Assembly: GCA_963729625.1 (NCBI GenBank)
Contig: CAVSOU010000007.1
Span: 224,001-288,000 of the forward strand
DNA from: an uncultured bacterium
Lineage (GTDB): Bacteria; Chloroflexota; UBA5177; JANWHV01
Direction of reading: 5' to 3'
DNA: 64,000 nt
Under the pieces are notes generated by a model. The model was given only the letters and a program-made list of their open reading frames with translations, was not told where the DNA came from and did no database searches. A program made the translations under genes and the position numbers. This document shows, one piece after another, positions 45,883 through 54,985 of the stretch. Positions within the stretch are counted from its first letter, which is position 1, and every line of letters starts with the position of its first letter.

Positions 45883-45921
45883 TGCCGTAATCTGTCGCCC
45901 TCAGCCGTTCGGAGGCTCCAC

Positions 45922-46209
45922 ATGTATGTCGTGATGAATCGGCTCACCTGCCCTGCGTCGTACGCCGAGAATCTGGAGCGCGCCTTTCGGCACGCCGGCG
46001 CCATGAAGGGCGTACCCGGTTTCGCGAGCTTCAGGTTCCTGCGACTGGATTCGGACGAGCCGGAGCACAAACACTACGTGGCAGTCACCGAATGGGAGAA
46101 CAAGCAGAGCTACGATTCGTGGCTCAAGAGCGAGGCTTTCGACCGCATGCACGCCGGCTCCGAGGCAAGCCCAGTCATGTCGGAGTTGGAATGCTTTACA
46201 GATCCTTAA
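45922..46209 (+). CDS. Antibiotic biosynthesis monooxygenase family, IsdG/MhuD-like heme oxygenase candidate
   Basis: N6, W67 ('SWLKSEAF') and H77 line up with the IsdG Asn/Trp/His triad; RBS GGAGG. Confidence 0.75.
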   Translation: MYVVMNRLTCPASYAENLERAFRHAGAMKGVPGFASFRFLRLDSDEPEHKHYVAVTEWENKQSYDSWLKSEAFDRMHAGSEASPVMSELECFTDP

Positions 46210-46231
46210 CCTGCTTAACGGGCCGTTAACG
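46195..46231 (+). promoter_or_regulatory. Pho-box-like direct repeats
   Basis: TTTACA 46195, TTAACC 46206, TTAACG 46215, TTAACG 46226 (spacing 11/9/11). Confidence 0.45.
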
Positions 46232-46430
46232 ATATCCCGCTGCCGGAGTAACCAAGCCCCCCGTGGACAGAAGCTCGGTCGTGAGCTCGACCCTGGCGGG
46301 GTCTCTGTGGCCTGATGGCGTGCGGAATGCGCGGGATCTGTCTTTGAGAGGGAACACCGTGTCCGCAATGCTATGCTTGCTGAAGGCATTCACGCCAGTC
46401 GGTTCGATAGATTAGGAAGGCACGAGAAGC

Positions 46431-47597
46431 ATGAGAGCTCTTTGTCTTGGGGGCGCCGGTAGGATTTGCCGGGAGTCAGTGCTCGATCTGCTAGAGTTTT
46501 CCGCCTTTGAGCAGATCACGATCGCCGACACCAATGAGCGGGAAGGGCGATCGCTGGTCGCGCAATGCGGCGATTCCAGGGTTGATTTCCAGCCAATCAA
46601 CATATACGATGCCGAGGCGGCCATCGACCTGATGCGCGGCTACACGATCGTGCTGGATGGTACGACGATCGCGCTTAACGGGCGGTCCACTGCTCTCATC
46701 GCGGCCGCCGGGTGTCATGGCATCAACCTCAACGGCTTTGGCGAAGAAGATGCCGCCGATCCTGTGTTCAGGCGTTATGGTCGCACCTGCGTGCCCGGCT
46801 TCGGGATGACACCCGGTGTGACCCAGATGATGGCCATGTTCGCTGCCAACCAATGCGAATCAGTCAATACCGTGCGTGTCAGTCATGGCGCGTACCGGCC
46901 GATCGCCTTCTCGCGCTCGATTGCCGAGACCACTACCTACGAGTACGACCCGGCCCTCTCCGACCGCGTCGTGTTCGAGGCCGGTCGGTTTGTGCAGGTG
47001 CCGCCGTTTGCCCGGCCACGCGAGGTTCGGTTGCCTAAACCGTACGGCCTCACGACCCAATACATCATTCCGCATGCTGAAACGAAAACTCTGGCGAAGG
47101 CGCTGGCGCCAAAAGGGGTGCAGCTGATCGAAGTGCGCGGCACGTGGCCCGAGAGGAACATGCAGTTGGTACGCGCTCTCTTCGATTGGGGCTTCATGCG
47201 CAACGATCCGATCGCCATCGGCGGAGTGACAGTAGGTGTGTTGGACTGCATCGCGGAGTATTTGCTGCATTCGCGCGAAGGCACCGAGACCGAGCTCTAC
47301 GGCTATGCGTTGCACGTGGAGGTAACTGGGATCCGGAATGGACGTCGGTGGCAGCACACGCTGACCCACCACCACCCGCCGTCCGACGGGTCGGTGCTCG
47401 GGTGGGAGCAGCTGCGTGCATACACGCGCAACGTTGGTATTCCCATGTCCATCGGCGCGCAGATCATTGCCGAGGGTAAGGTCGGGCGCGCAGGGGTGAT
47501 CACGCCGGAAGAAGCCTTTGAGCCGGAGGCAATATTCGCGCAATTGGCGCGTCGCGGCATCCTGATACATGAGCAGATCGTCGAGGTTGCCGTCTGA
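46431..47597 (+). CDS. Saccharopine dehydrogenase/lysine-6-dehydrogenase-family NAD(P) oxidoreductase
   Basis: Rossmann 'LCLGGAG..ITIAD', 'GFGMTPG', 'PHAE', C-terminal 'GVITPE'. Confidence 0.85.
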   Translation: MRALCLGGAGRICRESVLDLLEFSAFEQITIADTNEREGRSLVAQCGDSRVDFQPINIYDAEAAIDLMRGYTIVLDGTTIALNGRSTALIAAAGCHGINLNGFGEEDAADPVFRRYGRTCVPGFGMTPGVTQMMAMFAANQCESVNTVRVSHGAYRPIAFSRSIAETTTYEYDPALSDRVVFEAGRFVQVPPFARPREVRLPKPYGLTTQYIIPHAETKTLAKALAPKGVQLIEVRGTWPERNMQLVRALFDWGFMRNDPIAIGGVTVGVLDCIAEYLLHSREGTETELYGYALHVEVTGIRNGRRWQHTLTHHHPPSDGSVLGWEQLRAYTRNVGIPMSIGAQIIAEGKVGRAGVITPEEAFEPEAIFAQLARRGILIHEQIVEVAV

Positions 47598-47867
47598 TCC
47601 TTCGTAACGCCATTCGGGATCTCCATCGAACCGCACGATTTTCGGGGCGGACGTCCTCGTCCGCCGTGGACGCGCCGGCCATCCACGCCATCGCCAAGAC
47701 GTGACCACCCCGCGGCTCCAGCGTGGGCACCCCTGCAGGATACGACGGGTCGGCGATCGCCGTGTCGGTGCAGTGCGCACTCGCAGCCAGCCGCGAATGG
47801 CGGAACTCGGTTGCACGACCTGACGGTTACACCGCCTGCGGGCATGGAAAGGCCGGCGCGATCATGC

Positions 47868-47929
47868 TTAACACACTCTTAACACAGATTTAACACCCCC
47901 TTAGGGACCGCTTAACAGCGTCACACGAT
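47868..47929 (+). promoter_or_regulatory. Pho-box array (TTAACA at 11-bp period) upstream of the ABC operon
   Basis: TTAACA at 47868, 47879, 47890 and 47912, degenerate TTAGGG at 47901; -10-like CACGAT at 47924. Matches the Bacillus-type PhoP TT(A/T/C)ACA repeat. Confidence 0.75.
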
Positions 47930-48019
47930 GATGAGATGGACTGCTAAGTCCCGGGCGAGCACGCATAAGCGCGTGCGACTGCGTCCGTCGAGTGTTTTTT
48001 CTGGAGGGTGTAAGGACAC

Positions 48020-49165
48020 ATGGGTGACCGTCAGTTGAACCGGCGTGAACTTCTCAAGCGGGGCGCGGCAGGTGGACTGGGCTTGGCAGGCATTGGCTTG
48101 CTGAGCGGCCATGGTGTTTCCAGCGTATTTGCTGCGGCGTCCGAAGCATCGACCGGGTTCGACCCGATGCTCGTGGCGGCGGCAAAGAAGGAAGGGCACA
48201 TCAACCTGATCACGCTGCCACGCACCTGGGCGGATTACGGCGAGATCATGGATACCTTCAAGGCGAAGTTCGGCATCAGCATTACGGATGACATCCCGGA
48301 AGGCAGCTCCTCGCAAGAAATCCAGGCGATCCAGAATTTCAAGGGCCAGAGCCGGGGTCCCGACGCCCTCGACGTTTCACTTGCCTGGGCCATCAACGGC
48401 GCGCAGTCAAATCTCCTCGCCCCGTACAAGGTTTCCACGTGGGATACCATCCCGAGCAATTTTAAGGAGCCGACCGGTCTCTATGTCGGCGATTACTACG
48501 GCGTCGTAGCCTTCCTGGCGGTCGACAGCCTCGTGAAGCAGGCACCGAAGGATTGGTCGGACCTGACCAGCCCCAAGCTCAAGGGCATGATCGCTCTGGG
48601 CGACGATCCGCGCAAGGCAGGCGAGGCATTCGCAGCGGTGTTCGCTGCTTCTCTGGCAAACGGCGGCTCGCTCGATAACATCGAGCCGGGCATCAATTTC
48701 TTCTCCAAGCTCAAGGCTTCGGGCAACTTCATCCTCTCGCAGGCCCTCAACGGGAACATTGCAAAAGGTGTGACACCCATAGCAATCCGTTGGGACTACC
48801 TGTTGCTTGCCGCTCGCGATGAATACAAGGCCAACCAGCCCATGACGGTCAACATCCCGAAGACCGGACGCTACGCGGGACCGTACTATCAGGCAATCAG
48901 CAAGTACGCGCCCAATCCGAACGCGGCTAAACTCTGGGAAGAATATCTTTACAGCGACGCCGGACAGCTGATGTGGCTGAAGGGCTATACGCATCCGGCT
49001 CGGTTTGCCGACCTCGCGAAACGGAACGTCATTCCGCAGACGTTGCTCGACAAGCTACCGCCCCCAGACGCGTACAAGAATCTGCATTTCGCCAACGCAA
49101 AGCAAATCGCTGCGGCGCAGGCAGTTCTTACCGCGCAGTGGGGTCCCAAGGTCGCCGGCAGCTAA
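48020..49165 (+). CDS. Tat-exported ABC substrate-binding protein (AfuA/PotD-type fold), probable organophosphorus ligand
   Basis: Twin-arginine 'NRRELLK', 'APKDWSDL', 'APNPNAAKLW'; Pho box upstream and phn genes adjacent. Confidence 0.85.
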   Translation: MGDRQLNRRELLKRGAAGGLGLAGIGLLSGHGVSSVFAAASEASTGFDPMLVAAAKKEGHINLITLPRTWADYGEIMDTFKAKFGISITDDIPEGSSSQEIQAIQNFKGQSRGPDALDVSLAWAINGAQSNLLAPYKVSTWDTIPSNFKEPTGLYVGDYYGVVAFLAVDSLVKQAPKDWSDLTSPKLKGMIALGDDPRKAGEAFAAVFAASLANGGSLDNIEPGINFFSKLKASGNFILSQALNGNIAKGVTPIAIRWDYLLLAARDEYKANQPMTVNIPKTGRYAGPYYQAISKYAPNPNAAKLWEEYLYSDAGQLMWLKGYTHPARFADLAKRNVIPQTLLDKLPPPDAYKNLHFANAKQIAAAQAVLTAQWGPKVAGS

Positions 49166-49245
49166 ACAGCAGCTTCAGCATCGGTGAAGCCAGTGGCGGG
49201 CGAAGCATACGCCCGCCACTGGCTATGCTTTCGAGTGGAGGTGCC

Positions 49246-50169
49246 ATGGCCCAGGCAGTCCGCCAAGAGCCGCAGGCAGCGAGCGGTGCCGCGAGCCAAA
49301 GCCGCGGAGGCGAATCTCTGGCGCGCCGAAAAGCCCGGACTGCCTGGCTCCCGGTTCTGCCGTTCTTCCTCTTCGTCGGCATCTTTCTTCTCCTGCCGTC
49401 CGTGTGGCTGATCATCGGCGCCTTTCAGTCCGACTCCGGAAGCCTCACGGGCAGCAATGTGCGGGCGCTCTTCGACAGCGATATTCTCGATGCGTACAAG
49501 ACGAGCCTCGAGGTGAGCTTTGTCAGCGCCCTGGTCGGCGGGGTGTTCGGATTCTTTGTCGCCTACGCCATGATCAAGGGTAATCCGCCGCGTTGGCTCC
49601 GCCCGGTGCTTTCGACGTTCGCGGGAGTGGCCGCCAATTTTGCCGGCATTCCGCTCGCATTTGCCTTCGCCGCCACGCTTGGGCTCAATGGCGTGCTCAC
49701 CGTCTTCCTCAAGAGCCACGGTATAGACATCTACCAGAACGGCTTCACCCTCTATTCATTCACCGGACTCATCGTCGTCTATACGTATTTCCAGATGCCC
49801 CTGATGCTGTTAGTGATCAGTCCTTCCATCGATGGGCTACGCCGTGAATGGAAGGAAGCCGCGACAAGTCTAGGCGCCGACGCCTCGCAGTACTGGCGCT
49901 GGGTTGGCCTCCCGGTACTGTGGCCGGCAATCCTGGGAGCGACGGTCCTGCTCTTCGGGAGCGCGTTTGCCGCCTATGCCACGGCCTACGCGCTGGTCGG
50001 ATCGCAGTTCAACCTTGTGCCTCTGCTCATCGGTCGCAATGTCGAGAGCGACTTCGTCGGCAATCCGCACCAAGCCAACGCGCTCGCCTTCGGCATGATC
50101 GCGATCATCACCGTGGTTATGCTGATCTACATTCTTCTGCAGCGCCGGTCGAGCAGGTGGATGCAATGA
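49246..50169 (+). CDS. ABC permease (PotB-like)
   Basis: EAA loop 'WKEAATSLGA'; about 6 TM; RBS GGAGG. Confidence 0.9.
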   Translation: MAQAVRQEPQAASGAASQSRGGESLARRKARTAWLPVLPFFLFVGIFLLLPSVWLIIGAFQSDSGSLTGSNVRALFDSDILDAYKTSLEVSFVSALVGGVFGFFVAYAMIKGNPPRWLRPVLSTFAGVAANFAGIPLAFAFAATLGLNGVLTVFLKSHGIDIYQNGFTLYSFTGLIVVYTYFQMPLMLLVISPSIDGLRREWKEAATSLGADASQYWRWVGLPVLWPAILGATVLLFGSAFAAYATAYALVGSQFNLVPLLIGRNVESDFVGNPHQANALAFGMIAIITVVMLIYILLQRRSSRWMQ

Positions 50170-51029
50170 AGAAGCGACTATTGGTCAACCCATGGAACCT
50201 CATCTGGCTCATTCTCGCCGCACTCTACTTCTTGGTTCCGCTGTACGGAACGGCAGAGTTCAGCCTGGAGACGACGCCGGGGCATCATGGATTCGACGCG
50301 TACCAGGCCGTGCTTCAGCAGTCGCAATTCTGGAGCATGTTTTCGCTGTCGCTGGAGATTGCCGTCGGCACGGTGGTCATCAGCCTCCTGCTGATGCTTC
50401 CAACGGTCTTCTGGGTACATCTCAGATTACCGCGCCTCCGGCCCGTCCTTGATTTCATCGCCGTGCTGCCCTTCGTGGTGCCGCCGGTCACGCTTGCGGT
50501 CGGCATCCTGCGACTTTTCGGCGCCGGCAGCCAGCAGACATCCGGGTTGGGAAATGTGTTCATCGGTCAGCCATCCTCCTGGCTGCTCTCGGGAACGATC
50601 TTTGGCTTGCCTTCGGGCATTCAGCTATTGGCGCTGGCGTATGTGATTCTCGCACTGCCGTTCACTTATCGCTCGCTCGACGCGGGCGTGCGGGCCATCG
50701 ATTTGCGCACGCTGTCCGAGGCAGCTCAAAGCCTCGGGGCAGGTTGGGTGAGGGTTCTGGTGTGGATCATCTTGCCGAACATGCGCTCGGCCATGCTTTC
50801 TGCCGCGTTCCTGACGCTCACGTTGGTGATGGGCGAGTATACCATGGCCAGTCTCATGCTCCTCAATACCTTTCCCATCTACATGTTCCAGATCGGAAAC
50901 GAACAGGCATACCAGGCCGCCGCCCTGGCCGTGATCAGCCTGCTATTGACATGGGTCGCGCTGCTTGGCGTGCTCGTGCTCGGCAGGGGCGCAAATCAGC
51001 GAGAAGTTCAGATCGGAGGCGCGCGCTAG
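50166..51029 (+). CDS. ABC permease (PotC-like)
   Basis: 'LSEAAQSLGAG'; ATGA overlap with the upstream permease. Confidence 0.9.
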   Translation: MKKRLLVNPWNLIWLILAALYFLVPLYGTAEFSLETTPGHHGFDAYQAVLQQSQFWSMFSLSLEIAVGTVVISLLLMLPTVFWVHLRLPRLRPVLDFIAVLPFVVPPVTLAVGILRLFGAGSQQTSGLGNVFIGQPSSWLLSGTIFGLPSGIQLLALAYVILALPFTYRSLDAGVRAIDLRTLSEAAQSLGAGWVRVLVWIILPNMRSAMLSAAFLTLTLVMGEYTMASLMLLNTFPIYMFQIGNEQAYQAAALAVISLLLTWVALLGVLVLGRGANQREVQIGGAR

Positions 51030-51031
51030 AT

Positions 51032-52192
51032 ATGGCTGTACTAGAGCTTCAGTCATTGCACAAGAGGTTCGGAGACGTGGTCGCCCTTAACAACGTGGAT
51101 TTGGCGATTGAGTCCGGCGAGTTCGTCGCTTTCCTCGGCCCCAGCGGGTGCGGAAAAACTACCGCCCTGCGAATCGTGGCCGGCTTTGAGCATCCGGATT
51201 CGGGCCGCGTCGTCGTGCAGGGAAAGGACATCACGGCCGTGCCGGCAAGCCGGCGCGACATGGGAATGGTGTTTCAAGCATACAGCCTATTCCCGAATCT
51301 TTCCGCGTTGGACAATGTCGCCTTCGGACTCCGAGTGCGCGGCGTGCATCACGCGCAGCGCACGAAGCGGGCGTCTGACTTGCTCGACCTGGTAGGCCTG
51401 GGCAGCGCGGCCAGACGGTTCCCTCATCAGCTCTCCGGTGGCCAGCAGCAGCGGGTTGCCCTGGCGCGCGCATTGGCAATCGAGCCGCGTGTACTGCTAC
51501 TCGACGAGCCCCTATCCGCGCTCGACGCAAAGGTGCGCGTCCAGTTGCGAGAAGAGATACGCCGCATCCAGATGAAACTTGGCATCACGGCCCTCTTTGT
51601 GACGCACGACCAGGAGGAGGCACTCTCGATCTCCGATCGGGTAGTCATTCTCTCACAGGGTCAGATCGAGCAGGTCGGCACGCCGGCCGAAATCTACGGC
51701 AATCCGGCGACAGTGTTCGTTGCGGAGTTCGTCGGCACAATGAACCGCATCACCGGAACCGTGGCGGCGGACTCGACTGGCTTCATCGACACCGAGGCGG
51801 GGCTGCTTCGCGCGGAGGCCGCCAGAGGCCGGACCGCTTCCGAGCGAGTCGTGCTACTGGTGCGGCCGGAGACGATCGAGATTGCTCCGCTGAATGGAGC
51901 GGGCGCCCCTGCAGGAGGTCTCGCCGGGCGTGTCATATCACACACGTTCCTGGGCGCAGTCACCCGCTTGGCAATCGCCAGCTCTGTCGGCGACATCAAG
52001 GTCGACGTCGGCAGCGCGCAGGCATTCTCGCTCGCGACTGGCACGCCTGTTGCGCTGTCCTGGGATCCCGCGGCGCCGCGACTGATCGGCCTGGCAGCGG
52101 CGGAAGGCGGCATCACACATGCCCACCTTGACGGAGAAGATGGGCTGGACAACACGCCAACCGCCGCGTCCGCCCATCAGCGGGCTGGATAG
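51032..52192 (+). CDS. ABC ATP-binding protein (PotA-like, TOBE)
   Basis: 'GPSGCGKT','LSGGQQQR','LLLDEP','VTHDQEEA'. Confidence 0.95.
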   Translation: MAVLELQSLHKRFGDVVALNNVDLAIESGEFVAFLGPSGCGKTTALRIVAGFEHPDSGRVVVQGKDITAVPASRRDMGMVFQAYSLFPNLSALDNVAFGLRVRGVHHAQRTKRASDLLDLVGLGSAARRFPHQLSGGQQQRVALARALAIEPRVLLLDEPLSALDAKVRVQLREEIRRIQMKLGITALFVTHDQEEALSISDRVVILSQGQIEQVGTPAEIYGNPATVFVAEFVGTMNRITGTVAADSTGFIDTEAGLLRAEAARGRTASERVVLLVRPETIEIAPLNGAGAPAGGLAGRVISHTFLGAVTRLAIASSVGDIKVDVGSAQAFSLATGTPVALSWDPAAPRLIGLAAAEGGITHAHLDGEDGLDNTPTAASAHQRAG

Positions 52193-52290
52193 CCAGCTGA
52201 ATCAAACCTGACCTTGCCGATCAAGCGGCGGCGGCGTTCGGCGCTCATCAGCGGTCGCGCCTGGGCCTTTCGACCTGACTCATGGTCGAG

Positions 52291-53743
52291 CTAGTCCCAC
52301 GGCAGCGTGTACAACTTGGTGAAGGTCATGGCGCGCATGGCTTCGATCACGCCCTCTTTCACGCCCAGTCCGCTATCCTTCGTCCCGCCGAAGGGCGTGA
52401 GCTCGGTCCTGTAACCCGGCACTTCGCGAATGTTCACGGAGCCGCAGCGAAGCTCGCGTATGCAACGATTGATCGCTCGCAGGTCGTTGGTCACAACGCC
52501 ACAGGAAAGGCCGAAAGCCGTCGAGTTGGCAGTGCCTATCGCCTCGTCAAGGTCGCGCACCCGGATGACGGGCGCGTACGGCCCAAACGTCTCGCTGGCC
52601 ACGAGCTCGCTTGACGGCGACACCCGATCGAGTACCGCGGGTGTGATCTGCGCTCCCCGTCGCTCACCTCCACACAGCAGCACGGCGCCATCGTCGCAGG
52701 CGGCACGCATGCGGCGCTCGAAGCTCTCGGCGTCGCGCTCGCTGATCACTGTACCCACGTCGGTTGCCGGATCCATCGGATCGCCTGCAACGAGCCTGCT
52801 CGCCGAGTCAGCCAGCTTCCGCGCAAACTGGTCCGCAATGGCGTTTAGTCACGATGATTCGCTTCACCGCCGTGCAGCGTTGACCCGAGTTCTTGAACGC
52901 GCCGTAGGCGGCCAGGCGAACCGCCTCGTCGATGTCCGCATCGTCCAGCACGATCAGTGGATCGTTGCCTCCTAACTCAAGTATGGCCCGCTTGTAGCCC
53001 ATCTCAGAAGCGATGCGCTTTCCGACCTGCGTGCTTCCCGTAAAGCTGATCAGATCTACATCCGGATGCCGCCAAAGCAAGGGGCCGATCTCTTCGGTAT
53101 CGGCGGGGGCGAGCGTGGCGATCGTAACCATGGCGTCAGGCAATCCAGCCATCCGCATCATCTGGGCAAGCGCGAGTGCGGCCAGCGGCGTGCGCCACGA
53201 CGGCTTCAGCACCATCGTGTTATTCGTGGCAATGGACGGCGCCACTTTGTGCGCAACCTGGTTCAGCGGGTGATTGAACGGCGTGATCGCCGTGACAAGG
53301 CGCAATGGCTCGCGCAGGGTGTACGCACGACGGCGCTTGCCGTTCGCCGACGTGTCGCAGGCGAAGACCTGACCATCGTCCCGAAGAGCTTCCATCCCAG
53401 CGAAACGAAACACATCCTGGGCGCGCCGCAGCTCATACGTCGTGTCCTTCATGCAGAGCCCCGACTCCCACGTAATGAGCTTTGCAAAAGCCGTTTCCTC
53501 AGCCTGGAGCTTGTCGGCGATGCGGAGGAGAATCTGCGAGCGCTCGTATCGCGTCAGATCGATGGTAGTCTCCCGCGCGTGCTCGAGGGCAGCCACTACG
53601 TCACTTTGAGTCAGCCGGGGTGCCGACCCGACGACTTCGCCGGTGTATGGATAGCGGACCTCCACATCGCCGCTACCCCAGGTCTCTTTCCCGGATACAT
53701 AGGCGGGCAGACGATATGGCGGGGCGGATTCGATGATATTCAT
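52291..53743 (-). CDS. phnY: Phosphonoacetaldehyde dehydrogenase, split by a 1-nt frameshift near 52845
   Basis: 'AITPFNHPLNQVAHKVAP','ELGGND','NSGQRCTAVKR'; downstream frame 'ETFGP..PGYRTELTPFGGTKDSGLG'; overlaps the phnA stop. Confidence 0.88.
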
Positions 53744-54975
53744 TGGTCAACCACTCCGTTCAACAGAAGATCGTAGATGTCGGAGTTGCTCACGCCCTGC
53801 GCGTGCCGGGCAGCGTACTTGGGTGCAAGTGCATGGCTGACGATGACCGGGATAATCTGCTCGTGCCGGCCACCGTGCGAACGCAAGCCGCCGGCAATCG
53901 CCGCCAGGTCGTGTTTGGACGCCGACTTGCCCAGCGCGGTTCTCGCATCCGCCGCGACAGAGAGGTCGCCAATGCGGTCGATTGGGTGCTTGTATATCAC
54001 TGCCGCTTCCTCGCGACTGAACACCTCTTCCACTCCTTCGAGGGCGGCAAGGACGTCGCGCGCGCGATCGCGTTGTGCGGCGGGCACATGCACCCATGCA
54101 AACGAGCCAAGAGCGCCGTGATGTACCACGTACGGGTCGGTGATCGGAAGCACGACACGGTAGTCCCGCAATCCCGCGCCGTCGAACACGTCCTCGAGGT
54201 AATGCACCCGGGGCGAGCCGTCCGGGAGCTGTTTGGCGTTCATGCCGTGGTCCGCGACGATCCCGACGACATATCCGAGGTCCAGGTACTCGCCCAGCAG
54301 CCCGTCAAAGCGCTGGTAAAACGCGTCGGCCATGGTGCCGCCGGGAGCTTGCTTGTGCTGGACGAAGTCCGTCAGCGAGACGTACATGAGATCGATCGGA
54401 CCGACCTTTCGCGACACGGCCAGCCCGATCTCCATTGCATAGTGGCTCATATCCCACTCATATGGTCCCGGGTTTCTGCGGCCAACGAGCCCCACGACGT
54501 CGTCGACGCCGAAGGCTGGAAGGGCGTGCTCATGCGCCTTCTCGGCACTCATCGCCGGGACGCCGCCGGCTGCAAGCAGTCTGCGAAGTTTATCCTTGGC
54601 AGTCACACATAGTACCCGAACTCCTGCTCGATGCATCTCGGCGTGAATTGATGGCGCGCGCAGAAACTTCGGATCGGTGAGTTGCACTTCCTCGCCGGAA
54701 GGGTCCAAATAGTGATTGCCCGCGATGCCGTGGACGCTGGGAGGAACGCCCGTAACGATGGAGAGGTTGTTTGGATTCGTGAAGGATGGCATCTGGCTCA
54801 GGCCGAGATGATAGGCGCCACCGCCCGTCACCATTGCCTTTAGGCGCGGCATCAGGCCGCGGGACAGGCCATCGTCGATGTACTCCGGCGAACAGCCATC
54901 AATCGTGATGGCAACAGTGGGGCGCGTCGGAATGCGATAGTCCCGCGCATTGACTACGATACTCTCAGTCGGCAT
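53740..54975 (-). CDS. phnA: Phosphonoacetate hydrolase
   Basis: 'IDGC','MPSFTNPNNLSIVTG','DFVQHK','ADHGM','RSHGG'. Confidence 0.95.
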   Translation of the reverse strand: MPTESIVVNARDYRIPTRPTVAITIDGCSPEYIDDGLSRGLMPRLKAMVTGGGAYHLGLSQMPSFTNPNNLSIVTGVPPSVHGIAGNHYLDPSGEEVQLTDPKFLRAPSIHAEMHRAGVRVLCVTAKDKLRRLLAAGGVPAMSAEKAHEHALPAFGVDDVVGLVGRRNPGPYEWDMSHYAMEIGLAVSRKVGPIDLMYVSLTDFVQHKQAPGGTMADAFYQRFDGLLGEYLDLGYVVGIVADHGMNAKQLPDGSPRVHYLEDVFDGAGLRDYRVVLPITDPYVVHHGALGSFAWVHVPAAQRDRARDVLAALEGVEEVFSREEAAVIYKHPIDRIGDLSVAADARTALGKSASKHDLAAIAGGLRSHGGRHEQIIPVIVSHALAPKYAARHAQGVSNSDIYDLLLNGVVDQ

Positions 54976-54985
54976 TTCAACAACC

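Noticed and set aside
47600-47860. Several small hairpins in the gap before the Pho box as an ncRNA
   Set aside because: Short GC-rich stems without a coherent nested fold or recognisable motif are expected by chance.
47868-47917. Short repeats as a CRISPR array
   Set aside because: The units are 6 bp with 5-bp spacers and there are no cas genes; they fit a transcription-factor site.
49190-49222. Hairpin between the SBP and first permease genes
   Set aside because: It is an ordinary SBP-mRNA stabilising stem, as at 5137-5168.
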